A stretch of 64,000 nt of DNA from Octopus bimaculoides (taxonomy: Eukaryota), in NCBI RefSeq assembly GCF_001194135.2, contig NC_068991.1:65287026-65351025 (forward strand), given 5' to 3'. The stretch's first letter is position 1. Each line of letters starts with the position of its first letter. This document shows positions 26,013 to 38,540 of the stretch, piece by piece. The position numbers and the translations under genes are program-made. Below the pieces are notes generated by a model. That model was not told the DNA's origin and searched no databases. It saw nothing but the letters and a program-made list of their open reading frames with translations.

Positions 26013-26250
26013 GAAGGCGGCAAGCTGGTAGAATTGTTAGCGTGCCGGGCGAAATTCTTAGTGGCATTTCATTTGTCTTTACGTTCTGAGTTCAAATTCC
26101 GCTGTTTTCAACTTTGCCTTTCATCCTTTCAGGGTCGATAAATTAAGTACCAGTTACACACTGGGGTCGATGTAATCGACTTAATACCTTTGTCAGTCCT
26201 TGTTTGTCCCCTCTATGTTTAGCCCCTTGTGGGCAATAAAGAAATAAGAA
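26013..26250 (+). mobile_element. SINE family B (same tail variant as 16783-17013)
   Basis: Shared tail tccttgtttgtcccctctatgtttagccccttgtgggcaataaagaaataag; possible TSD AGAATGA. Confidence 0.85.
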
Positions 26251-28269
26251 TGACCATATGGAGGATCCTTTGGTTGTTCATTTGGTTATTCTGCCAACTA
26301 TTTGTGTACTATATTAGTACTCAGTCAGAACGCTCAATCAGAGCTGGGCTGGTGCTACACAACAACAACAACAACAACCTATATCATCAATTTTAATTTC
26401 TACAATGAAATGTTATCACTTTGGTTCAACAAACATTTTATTTTTCATGGAGTTTTACTTATCTAATGTTTTCATACTATTTCATTACATTTACTTGATA
26501 ACAACACATATGTTTTTACCATTTGTGCTAAATTTTTACCATATATTAGAGATACATTTTCATTCTAGAATTTTCCTCTTGGTAATATTCATTAGAATAT
26601 TATGTGAGAATATTCATAAATCATCAGGAAAGTATGAGAGAATATTCATAATGCTACACAACATTTCCATAACTTATCTATTTCTGACTATAGAAAGTTG
26701 AATTGATTGTAGATTATTCACTTGTCCCACATTTTTTTTTCAGATTTTTGTTGTTCCACCTTTGGCCATTTAGTTTGTCCTTTGCACATTAACCCATTTA
26801 CCATATTTTTCCTGAAATACATTACCTCTGTTTCAATTAATTTTGAAAAATAGTGAAGAATTTAATAATATAATTTAGTCATTATTAAGTTGGTATTTCG
26901 AACACAAATTAACATCAAACTTTGATAGAAGGTTTTTAATTTAGGTTACTTTAAAATAAGAAGTATCACTGAACCATGGTCAGTTTCAGGCAGGTTGATA
27001 TCAAGAGTTAATCTTTTGTCCTACTTTTGGTCAAGTAGTCTGTGTTTTCTCTCATCTCACTATTTGGTTGGCTAGTCTGTTCTGTTCTCTATACACGAAT
27101 CTCTCTCTTGTCTACCTTTTGGTCATCTAGTTTGTCCTACATAGACCAATCTTCTTATTGGACCCTGGTCAGTTAGTTTTTCTACCTACTCCCTCCACCA
27201 CTCACTCTGAGTTATCATCTAGTGTCTTTATCAATCTAGAATTTTCTGTAAGTTTTGAGTTCTTCCTTCCATGACAATTGGTTGATTTGAAATTTTAAGG
27301 ATAAACTTAAAAGAATGCTTTTGTAACTTAATCCCCAACATTTTAAAATAATCTTTTAAAAGATGAATATCTCTCTTAATATATAGATATTGAGAGAAAG
27401 ATATGCCTATGTGATATGTACATATTAAGACAGATACAATATCTTGCTGTTCAACCCTACATAAGCCATGGTCAAATGTGTCCCATTTGCGACCAACCCA
27501 TTTTTTAATTCAAACAGTAGTGTGTCTTGGACTACATAATCCATTATGCACTTTTTAAGTGATTTAGTTGCTATTTCTGGTTGGTTGAACCACCACATAG
27601 AGACCCCTTCATTGTCAGATGTACATGTAACAGAGTTATTATATACCTTTAATGATATATGATTGCGATATCCAACCACCAAGACAGATATTTACCTGTT
27701 TGATAGGTAAATGTTGAAACACAGATATACGTCTGTGTAATATGTGACAGTCATTTTATCTGTCTGAATGTTAAGATATCACTGTTTTGATGAGAAGCTT
27801 CTCTTTTTTTCAGTTACTGAAACATTGAAAGAGAAATACTTTAATTAATAGAGATTACAAGATGCCAAAGAAATGAGATATGTGATGTTAAACTAATTCA
27901 ATTACAACATTCCCTGATGTTATCTATAGACTGAAAAGATAAGTCAATAAACATCAATTTCTTAAGTTTATTCTATTCTGTATTTTTATTGTGTTTGGTA
28001 AACAATAGAATTATTCATTACAGGGTTTCCAATAGGCCTTCTATTGGTTCATTATATCACTGGTGGTAAGAGCGGAAAGGGATTGTCTGTGTAACTAGTA
28101 CAGAACAAATACCACACAGGGTGTGCTTATTCAAAGTTTTTCAATTTTGACAATTATCTCTGTCCCTATGTTATCCCATAACTTCTCACCAGGCTCACAG
28201 CCACTTCTCTTGTTTCCATTCCTCTCTCAGCTGAGAGGTCTTTGTCTTCCAAGCTACTTGGTGACACCA

Positions 28270-28455
28270 ATGGTGCCATGCAAAAAGCACCCAGTACACT
28301 TTGTAACATGGTTGGCATTAGGAAGGGCATCTAGCCATAGAAACCATGTCAAAACAGACAAATGGAGCCTGGTGTGGCTCCTGGCCTCACCAGCTCCTAT
28401 CAAACCATTCAACCCATGCCAACATGGAAAATGGATGTTAAATCAAGATGATGTT
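28270..28455 (+). mobile_element. RTE-related 3'-end fragment
   Basis: ggcattaggaagggcatc...caacccatgccaacatggaaaatggatgttaaa..gatgatg; similar copy at ~54830-55050. Confidence 0.6.
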
Positions 28456-31279
28456 ATATAATGGCGCTTCTTATAGTTCATTTCACCAAATTTCACTCGT
28501 AAGGTATTAATCAACATAAGTCTATGGCAGAAGACACTTCCCCAAGATGTAGGGTACTGTGATTGAACCTTAGAATCATTTGGTTACAATGCAAACTTCT
28601 TAATTATACAGCTATTCCTGAGCACTGAGTTAAATGGTTGTTCAGCTGTCATCACTCTTGTGTCAACTGAGCTTCTTCAATTTCTACTCGAGTCATTTCA
28701 AATTCCTTTCATGCCTCCACCCTCCTTTTGTGCACTATACCTTCCTTCTCCCCACCCTTTCACCCCACCCACCATCTTCACATGTAAATCCAAAAGAGAG
28801 CAGCGAGCAAAGATAAGCACTAGTTTAGTAGTCTGTGACATTCAGTGCAAAGTTTATATTTAAACAGCAGTATAGTCTGTTTATACTGTAAAAAAAAATT
28901 AAAAATTGGTTGTCAAAAAAAAAACCCACCCTTAATATAGCATGGTCTATTGACTCTGCAGCGAGATTTAGAGCAAAGTGGACTCCAGTGAGATTTGAAC
29001 TCCTAATCATAAGATAATGCTCTGGATAATGTAAAGCCTTCCAGACTGTTCTCTGCTATTTTATTTTATCTTCTCTACTACCTCAATATATTCAAAAGAA
29101 TTAGTAATGACAGGCCAATTACAAGTACATGTGGAACCATTATATTACAAAGAACATCATTTTAGCTGATTGACAACATTTCTGATATGATGTCTGCCAC
29201 ATATTTCCTTGACAGGAATTGGTAATTATAGAGAGGAAGAACACATTCCATAAAGGTTATCTGAAGTGAGAGGAAGCAGCAAATAATGGCAAACCAAGTG
29301 TAAACACATGCGGATACCTGGCTACAAAGAACAAATATCATTCTTGTCTTCAGAAATATACTTTGATAATATCTGTTACATACATATTTCCATTGGGGGA
29401 AAACTATCAGTCATTGCTAAGAATGAATCAACAAAGGAACCTCTACATGGTTACTTTACATGCTGGAAATATCAGCCAAATGTTACCCAAATTACAGCCT
29501 GCTGTTTTTAAAGATTAAAGAACATACTGGACAATAGTCTTGGATACACTGTCTGAATAAAAGATGGGATGGTTACAGCTAGAAAACCATAGATCACAGG
29601 AATGCTGGATTAAGATTGACCTGGGGCTTAGCAAGAACTAGCTGATACTTAACAAATGTGTCTGTTTGCTTTACATTCTTGTTTCTTTTCTAAGTAGAGG
29701 TTGGATGAGTAGTTATTGGTACAATATCGTTACAGCCGGATACTCTTCCTGTCACTAACTCTTTTCCTACTTTTACAATCCTTTATTTCAATACTTTGAG
29801 AGCACAGAGCTTTGGGGCATAGGAGTATAAACATGACAAAACCATTTTTTTCCACTGAATCCAACATGAGAAATAGAAATGACAAAGTGAGTTTTAAATA
29901 TTTATGAAAAATTTTTTAAAGCTAAGCCAGCACTCGATCATATTAAAGTATTGCAGTCATGCTCCTCCAATCTTTCTCTTCAAGTATATTATCCAATATG
30001 TACGTTTTTGAAAGAAAAAATATGTGGGGTGTAATTTGAGATATATTTGGTTGCTATTTCTAGGAAGTAGAGTAACTATGTAAGAGCTTCTTCTTTTGCT
30101 TGAACTATCAATTTTCTATTTAAAAGTTAACACTGATAATGCCTATTGGATGTTTCACATTATTATCCTATTTTTTCTTATTCCCTCTCTAGATTGAATG
30201 TCAGCCAAAGCACTGAACTGTGATAATTTTCTTTCCAACTTAACTCCATTAATGTATTCCAAGAAACACCTGTTTTATTCTTGTTTTTCTTTTGTCTTTT
30301 TTTTTCTTTTTTAATCCCCAAACTTTGCCAAATTCTGCCAACTTCTAGCATTAACTGATTCCAAAGTAAATTAGGAAGGCAAGATTCTCTTTAAATATTT
30401 CCTGATAACAGAATGAAAGACGGAGCAACAAAAGATAAAATAAGATGTACTTTCAGTTAAAACTTGTTTGATCAAACTGGAAGATATTTTTTCTACTGTA
30501 CTTAAATAAATAAAAATAACCTAATTACATAACAGCTGAGTTAATCCAGGATTAAACTTTTTTTTTTAATTCTTTGTTCTAATTAAGCATACAGTCTAGT
30601 GGTTAATGTGTTTGGCTCAGGATCAGCATATCATGAGTTTGGTTTCTGGATCAGGCAATGTGTTGTGTCCCTAAGCTAGACCTTTCATTTAATGTTGCTC
30701 CTGTTTACTCAGCTGTAAATAAGTTCCAACTAGTCGCTGGTGCAGCCCTTTCTCCATTCAGTTGTCATATTGTCAATGTTTTGCTGTAACACAGATGGAT
30801 GAGCTGAGAGAGTGTCTGTTCGTCTGTTCACTACACAGGCCCCGAAAACAGCTGAAGTATAAGTACTAAGCCAAATTCATTTGTTAATGACTTGGCTGTA
30901 TTATATTCTGATTAAAACATTCAAGAAGAGTTAATTTGTCAATCTAACAGAGAAAGGGATTTGTTGCTGCTTGACCTGCTAGAAGTAACTGCCAAACTAA
31001 TGGCTGGAAATTTGGTGGGATAAAAGAAAATAACAGGGAAGACCTATTACGACATTGTTTGGGTAAATCATAACTGAACATAACTAGTTAAGGGCTTCCG
31101 TTCATGCATTTTAAAACAGAAAGTAACAAAACAAAGCAGGGATACCCCAATTTCTTTATGCATACAAATATCAGAATTTGTAAAACCATCCAACCTACAC
31201 TAACCTGATAGAATTAAAAACTTAAACAAAAAATTTCAAAAAAATATCTTCCAATCAGGAATTATTTCCTTTTACTTTA

Positions 31280-31650
31280 TTTTTTATCTTTTGTTTCAGT
31301 CATTGGACTATGGCCATGCTGGGGCACGTCCTTAAAGGGTTTAGTTGAACATATTGAGCCCAGTACTTATTTTGTAAGACTTACTCTATCAATCTTATTT
31401 TATCGGTCTCTTTTGCCTAAACTGCCAAGTTATAGGGACATAAACAAACCAACATTGATTATCAAGCATTTGATAGAGTACATACACATATGACAGACTT
31501 CCACACAATTTCTATGTACCAAATTCACTCACAAGGCATTGGTTAACCTGGAGCTATAGTAGAAGTCACTTGCTGAAGGTGTCACACAGTGGGACTGAAC
31601 TTACAACCATGTGGTTGCAAAACAAGCTTCTTTACCACACAGCCATTTAT
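31280..31650 (-). mobile_element. SINE family A, full length, diverged
   Basis: Reverse complement of 8111-8520. Confidence 0.83.
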
Positions 31651-32091
31651 AACTGAAGTTATAAATGCTTTGGGCATCTGATGGTTCTTCTCTATGGATT
31701 AAAAAAATGTGATGTTACAGGAAAAACATCTATTTTCTCTCTGGAGATTTTTTAAAAGGAAGAATCCTTGAGAGTAAGAAAAGAAATATCTGAAATAACA
31801 TTTTGATATTATGAGGAATGAACAAACATAAATTATACATTTTTTTTTCCTAGATTTCTACATTAGATATTCCTCTATTCTTTAAAAGGTTGGATGATTC
31901 CAACCAGCAGTTGAGATGTCTGTGTACATATTTTCTCTCAGACAATCTCAGTTAGATGCTTTTGATAATGCCAGCTACTCAAGTGTGATGCAACTGAGAG
32001 TAGAAAACTTAATTAGCAGCTAACTAAGATAATACTGAGCGAGTTGTAAAGGAAACACCATTGCTTAATAAAAAGTATTTTAACTTTTGTT

Positions 32092-32471
32092 GTGGAGGCG
32101 CAATGGCCCAGTTGTTAGGGCAGCAGACTCGCAGTCCTAGGATCGTGGTTTCGATTCCCAGACTGGGCATTGTGAGTGTTTATTGAGCGAAAACACCTAA
32201 AGCTCCACGAGGCTCCGGCAGGAGGTGGTGGTGAACCCTGCTGTACTCTTTCACCACAACTTTCTCTCACTCTTTCTTCCTGTTTCTGTTGTACCTGTAT
32301 TTCAAAAGGGCCAGCCTTGTCGCACTCTGTGTCACGCTGAATCTCCCTGAGAACTACGTTAAGGGTACACGTGTCTGTGGAGTGCTCAGCCACTTGCACG
32401 TTAATTTCACGAGCAGGCTGTTCCGTTGATCGGATCAACTGGAACACTCGTCGTCATAAGCGACGGAGTGC

Positions 32472-32509
<38 letters not shown>
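32092..32509 (+). mobile_element. Young SINE family C with poly(A) tail
   Basis: tRNA-like head GGCGCAATGGCCCAGT...GGTTTCGATTCC, 37-nt A tail, probable TSD AACTTTTG; nearly identical inverted copy at 47784-48168. Confidence 0.92.
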
Positions 32510-32511
<2 letters not shown>

Positions 32512-32715
32512 TTTGCTACCTTTTAGTTCAGCCAATGTAATAATTGAGTTGAAAATTTGGAAGGTGATGTTTTTCAAGGATAAAAGCCTTGCAAGTAGAT
32601 TTGGTTGATAGAAACAAAGAAGTCCATCGTATGCATGTATGTGTATGTGCATGCATGCGTTGTTTTGTGTTTTGTTTTGTAATGTGATTGTTGTAAATGA
32701 ATGTTATTCATTTCC

Positions 32716-32717
<2 letters not shown>

Positions 32718-32749
<32 letters not shown>

Positions 32750-33316
32750 GTTTAACGTCCGCTTTCCATGCTAGCATGGGTTGGACGATTTGACTGAGGA
32801 CTGGTGCAACCGGATGGCAACACCAGGCTCCAATCTGATTTGGCAGAGTTTCTACAGCTGGATGCCCTTCCTAACGCCAACCACTCAGAGAGTGTAGTGG
32901 GTGCTTTTACGTGTCACCCGCACGAAAACGGCCACGCTCGAAATGGTGTCTTTTATGTGCCACCCACACAAGAGCCAGTCCAGGGGCACTGGCAACGATC
33001 TCGCTCGAAAACCCTACAAGGCCAGTCAGGCGGTACTGGCAACGGTCACGCTCAGGATGGTACATCTTATGTGCCACCCGCACAAGAGCCAGTCCACGGG
33101 CACTGGCAACGATCTCACTTGGCTTGCCGGGTCTTCTCACACACAGCACATTTCCAAAGGTCTCGGTCAGTAGTCATCGCCTCGGTGAGGCCCAATATTC
33201 GAAGGTCTTGCCTCACCACCTCAGCCCAGGTCTTCCTGGGCCTACCTCTTCCACGGGTTCCCTCAACTGTTAGGGAGTGGCACTTTTTCACGCAGCTATC
33301 CTCTTTCATTCTCACC
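32718..33316 (-). mobile_element. 5'-truncated RTE-clade LINE (ORF2 C-terminus + 3' UTR + (ATG)n tail), nested in a family A SINE
   Basis: Peptide VRMKEDSCVKKCHSLTVEGTRGRGRPRKTWAEVVRQDLRILGL is the typical RTE ORF2 C-terminal motif (GxRxRGRPRKTW); host SINE tail continues on both sides. Confidence 0.88.
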
Positions 33317-33662
33317 ACTGCAAAAATGTATCTAGCATTGGGAAATAGTATGTTGCTTAGAAACAGGTAATGTTTGGCAACAGGAAGGGCATCCAACTGT
33401 AGAAAATCTGTTTCAATAACATCCATTCCAAGCATGGAGAAGTGAGGATTAAAACAACAATAATCTTGAAATTGTCGTGAGTTATACAAATGTATTGTTA
33501 TTTTGTGAGGTGCTGGAGGTAAAGTTGTCTCATGCTGGGTTCAAATCCTGTTTGAGCCAGCATTGTCAGTAATCCTTCAGGTTTTGTTTTAGTATGAGAT
33601 TCAGCTCATCTTTAGAAGTTTAACCCTTCAGTTATCATATGTCAATTAAAATACACTGCCTT

Positions 33663-34830
33663 TGGGGATTCGCCAGAGGGGCAGACCCAATCCATATCAT
33701 TACATGACATGTCGGCGATTCACCAGAAGGGCAGAGCCAACTGATAAGGTTACATGACATGTCGGGGATTCGCCAGAGGGGCAGAACCGATTCATAACAT
33801 TACATGACATGTTGGGGATTCGCCAGAGGGGCAGACCTAATCCATAACATTACATGACATTTCAGGGATTCGCCAGAGGGGCAGACCCAACTATAACGTT
33901 ACATGACATGTCGGAGATTCACCAGAGGGGCAGAACCAATCCATAACGTTACATGACATGTCGGGGATTCGCCAGAGGGGCAAACCCGATTCATAACGTT
34001 ACATGACATGTCGGGGATTCGCCTGAGGGGCAGAACCAATCCATAACATTATATGACATGTCGGGGATTCGCCAGAGGGGCAGACCCAACTATAACGTTA
34101 CATGACATGTCGGAGATTCGCCAGAGGGGCAGAACAAATCCATAACGTTACATGACATGTCGGGGATTCGCCAGAGGGGCAAACTCGATTCATAATGTTA
34201 CATGNNNNNNNNNNNNNNNNNNNNNNNNNNNNNNNNNNNNNNNNNNNNNNNNNNNNNNNNNNNNNNNNNNNNNNNNNNNNNNNNNNNNNNNNNNNNNNNN
34301 NNNNNNNNNNNNNNNNNNNNNNNNNNNNNNNNNNNNNNNNNNNNNNNNNNNNNNNNNNNNNNNNNNNNNNNNNNNNNNNNNNNNNNNNNNNNNNNNNNNN
34401 NNNNNNNNNNNNNNNNNNNNNNNNNNNNNNNNNNNNNNNNNNNNNNNNCGTTACATGACATGTCGGGGATTCGCCTGAGGGGCAGAACCAATCCATAACA
34501 TTATATGACATGTCGGGGATTCGCCAGAGGGGCAGACCCAACTATAACGTTACATGACATGTCGGAGATTCGCCAGAGGGGCAGAACCAATCCATAACGT
34601 TACATGACATGTCGGGGATTCGCCAGAGGGGCAAACTCGATTCATAACGTTACATGACACGTCGGGGATTCGCCAGAGGGGCAGACCCAACTATAACGTT
34701 ACATGACATGTCGGAGATTCGCCAGAGGGGCAGAACCAATCCATAACGCTACCTGACATGTCAGGGATTCGCGAGAGGGGCAGACGCAATCCATAATGTT
34801 TCATGACATGTCGGGGGATTCGCCAGAGGT
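33663..34830. repeat. 49/50-bp minisatellite, at least 18 monomers, with a 199-bp four-monomer higher-order repeat
   Basis: Consensus GGGGATTCGCCAGAGGGGCAGAMCCAATCCATAACGTTACATGACATGTC; monomer variants recur in the order A-B-C-D. Confidence 0.95.
34205..34448. other. Assembly gap inside the minisatellite
   Basis: 244 N. Confidence 1.
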
Positions 34831-35479
34831 TTAGAATTTTTTGGGCCTAAAACACTTCCTGGACCTTAAGTAAGGCATGTGTAAAATTTGAATGAAATTG
34901 GTTGTGTAGTTCTCAAGTTTTAGGGATTCACACAGGCAGACTCACAGACACACATTCTCATTTCTATATATATAGATTAAATATATACACACAGCGATCT
35001 ATCTGTGCACCTATCTATCTTTCTCCTAATCTTAATACAAATTTTACCATAGGAGATAGGATCTTTTTCAGCATCACATATCACCACTCAGTGTGGCCCT
35101 TTGTCATCTTCTCACAGTGGCGAGAGCAGGCATCTCATTGAAAAATATGATCTCTTCTAAAATCTGTGAGGCATAAGAAATATATTTGATGCTTCTCTAT
35201 AACTTTTGCAGCTAGTTTTAAACATAAAGTGGCCTCAGACATAATGGCAGTCCAACTAAGTAATAGCTGTTACAATGTATCTAACATAAATCAACAAAAT
35301 ACTTTCCTCTCACCTCTCTCTTAGGCACAACTTGTTTTCTTTTTCACTTTCTGCCACCAACAGTTTATTTTCTCTTTATATTAACTGTTATATGAAGGAC
35401 AGAAAAAAAATAAACAATTAAAAACAGAAAGGCTCCTGAAATAAGCTTCCAAAAACAAGCAAAAAAAAAAAAAACTCAA

Positions 35480-36060
35480 CCAGTGCAGGCCTATGTGTGT
35501 GGTAAGAAGATTGCTTCCCAACCACATGGTTCTGGGTTCAGTCCCACTGTATGATACTTTAGGCAAGTGTCTACTACTATAGCCACGAACCAACCAAAGT
35601 TCTGTTAGTGGATTTGGGAGACGGAAATTGAAAGAAGCCTGTCATGTATATGTATGTCTATATTTATGTGGCACCAGCCTAGCTAGAGTGTGTGCCATCT
35701 GGGGCAGCCCTTCTGTTTGCTACCCCCGGAATCCCATGAAAAACATATTGCCTACAGCAGACCCAAAAGTGCCACCGAGGGGCAGACTGCCCCTACTGTC
35801 CCGCCCTAGCTACGCTAGTGTTGTGTGCATGTCTTTGTGTCTGTGTTTGTCCCACACTACCACTTGACAACTGCTACTGGTGTTTATGTCCCTGTAATTT
35901 AGCAGTTTGGCAAAAGAGACTGACAGAGTAAGTGCCACATTTAAAAAAAATGTACTCGGGTTGATTCATTCAACTAAAAAAATTCTCCAAGGTGGTACCC
36001 CAGCGTGGCTGCAGTCTAATGACTGAAACAAGTAAAAAAAAAAAAAAGAAGAAAAAAACC
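35480..36060 (+). mobile_element. SINE family A with nested hAT-like MITE
   Basis: Head at ~35485, tail at ~36030; insertion lies in the central microsatellite. Confidence 0.82.
35672..35820. mobile_element. hAT-like MITE, same family as 8935-9071, opposite orientation
   Basis: Termini CACCAGCCTAGCTAG / CTAGCTACGCTAGTG; shared internal CTGCTGTAGGCAATATGT; degenerate 8-bp TSD TTATGTGG / TTGTGTGC. Confidence 0.78.
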
Positions 36061-36989
36061 TAAAAAACATTTCAACTGGAACTTGATGTCCAACCCTGAA
36101 CACTGTCACTAACTCAAACTGCCAGGCCCAAATCTACAATGCACTACAATTTCCTATACATATCTATTATTACTGGATGTTCATCCAAGCAAGAGACTGA
36201 TTGAAAGACCTACTTTGTTCTGTGTCATCACTTCCTCCCTCACTTCTGATACCTCACTCCTAATATCTCCTTTTACAGCTGGCAGTTCACCTGCTTTGTC
36301 ACATTAACATAAAAAGAAACTTAAACAAGAAAAGGGTTCTTGTGTAGTGTCAGATAAAGTTGATCTACAGTATGTAAGATTATGAGATTACTAGATTTGA
36401 TCTACCAGTCTGTTGTCCTAGTTATATGTCTGCTTAACTGGAGACCATACTAAACATCTTGACATGCAGTAATTAATTATATGAAGGACAGTGTGACAGC
36501 CTGGATGTGTTTCACTCTTTCCACCATTCAGGAGGAGATGCACCGATCCAAATATGCTGAAGAAGCAGCTGGTTATCAGAAGTATTGGTTGGTGGTGCCT
36601 GCGGAAGTGTCTACAATTGTATAAACATCTGTTGTGAACTGCTGCTTGAAAAAAGTATGGAAGAAGTGATGTAATTCAAAGTTGAGACGGATCAAAGAAA
36701 GCTATGCAAGGATTGAACAAACATCTGAAAATGTTTGGGTTCTCAAACCAAATGTCACATTTGCAGGTCTGTCTAAACTATGTTGCTTTTGAAAATATGC
36801 TAAAATGGTGATGCCTTAGAGCTCTGCTCTGTTTTCTCTCTCTCTCAATATTTATGCTCATAGATTTTTTTTAATCCCTCTTTCTGATTTATTGCCATTC
36901 TGATTGAGTTTTCCCAAAGGGATGTTAAATTAAAAAACAAGATAATAATCTACAACAGTTCAATTAATCTCATCCAGATATCTTTGTCT

Positions 36990-37340
36990 TTTTTTTTTAA
37001 TTGTTTCAGTTGCTGGATTATGGCCATGTTGGTACACTTCCTTTAAGAGTTTAATTGAACAAATCATTCTCAATACTTAGTTTTTTTTAAAGCCTGGTAT
37101 TTATTCTGTCGGTCTCTTTTTTGCTGAATTGTTAAGTTACAGGGATATAAACAAACCAACACCAGTTGTCGAGTGATGGTGTAAGGATTAACACACACAC
37201 GACAGGTTTATTTCAGTTTCTATCACTTGCAAGGTTTTGGTTAGCTTTGGGCTTGTAATAGAAAACCAAAGGTGCTACACAGTGGGACTGAATCCAGAAC
37301 CATGTGGTTGGGAAGTAAACTTCTAACCATACTGCCATGC
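36990..37340 (-). mobile_element. SINE family A, diverged
   Basis: Reverse-orientation tail, body and head. Confidence 0.78.
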
Positions 37341-38224
37341 CACAATTTGAGTTGTAAGGTTGGCATTCTACTGTGATATCCAAAGTATTAGCTTGATATG
37401 AAATAAATTACTTTCAGGATAGGACACAGTTTAATTACATGTATCTTTTCCATGCCACAGGAATTGAACTTGTATTACTGTCTTGCAGCTGTGAGCTTCA
37501 ATGTATACCACACCTCTTAGAGCTGGAAGGACTGGGTTGTAGATAGCTCTCGAACTGTTTATTTCTAATGCTGTTGCTCAATAACCTATTGGTTCAAACA
37601 GTTATCTTTTCGCAAGCTGGTGAATATGTACAAGGGAGGCAACTAGATGTAAAAATGTTAGTAATCTCCTATTACCCGTTTTTCTTCTTTATATAATTTC
37701 CCCATTATCCTATTCTGTCGTGACTAGTAATACTTTAGAGTTAATATATTTCCTAGATTTAACAACATGACTGATTCAGAATATTGCTTCAATATATTGT
37801 ACAGACATTTATTACACCGTAATGAAGATACTTCTGAACATTTGAGCAGAATACCTTGTATGGAAGAGTATTAACATTGGAAATAGTTGATTAATCGATA
37901 TATTCCTGAAAAACAACCACTTCACTGAATTCACAAATTTCTACTGCCACACATTTTACTTTCTCGCCCCTTGTACAAAAACGTAATCTAAATACATGCA
38001 CTTTTATATCAAGTTGGCATAACTTAAGGCTATTTCGTTGATCTTCAATTTAAATTCACTGTGGACCTTTAGTTATTTATACAGATAGTATATTTATCTC
38101 TACATATTTCACTTCATTGTTGAGAATAGATACGAGGTCTTGTGGAAATGTTGCATGAGACAGATCTCCCTGTAGAAAAGACTTCTAATTTAATTCTCAT
38201 ACATGCATAACACCTTAATATCAA

Positions 38225-38540
38225 TTTTTATCATAATCGTTTTAATGTCTACTTTTCTAGTTTGCATGGGTGAATGGAATTTATTGAGGTAGATTTTCTA
38301 CAGTTGGATGTCCTCCCTGTTACCAATCTTCATCTGTTTCCAAGCAAGGTAATATTTTCTCACAGCCAAACATGTTCTTGCAGAATATTGGAAATGAACG
38401 ATGTTGCTTATATTACAGTGACAATCATTTAAATAAATCATGTTATGTGAAGACTTACACACGTACATGTAGAAGACACCCTAAGGTGCTACACAGTGAT
38501 TGGGAAGCAAACTTCGTAACCGTACAACCACACCTACACC
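38225..38540 (-). mobile_element. SINE family A with RTE-like tail, diverged
   Basis: catcataatcgttttaatgtctacttttc tail; similar remnants at ~38825-39070 and a head at ~39255-39420. Confidence 0.7.

Larger units (their letters stand above)
33660..34976 (-). mobile_element. Helitron/HINE-like non-autonomous element carrying a minisatellite array
   Basis: Minus strand starts A|TCTATATATATAGAAATGAGAATG (TC terminus after A), followed by a short microsatellite-like stretch and a CAATTTCATTCAAATTTTACACATG block, then the array. The CTRR 3' end was not found. Confidence 0.55.

Noticed and set aside
32092-32170. tRNA-like sequence (also the heads of SINE families A and B, and ~2470-2540 minus)
   Set aside because: Has A/B boxes but continues directly into SINE bodies with tails and TSDs, and no complete cloverleaf is evident; not called tRNA genes.
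32804-33370. Longest gap-free ORF in the track (188 aa, plus strand) and similar ORFs at 56956-57257
   Set aside because: Antisense reading of the GC-rich RTE 3' region; the meaningful peptide is the RTE C-terminus on the minus strand.
33663-34830. CRISPR-like regular repeat array
   Set aside because: Eukaryotic context, no unique spacers and no cas genes; it is a minisatellite.
33663-34830. p53-like half-sites (GACATGTC) in each monomer
   Set aside because: Only 8/10 match to RRRCWWGYYY and not arranged as paired half-sites.
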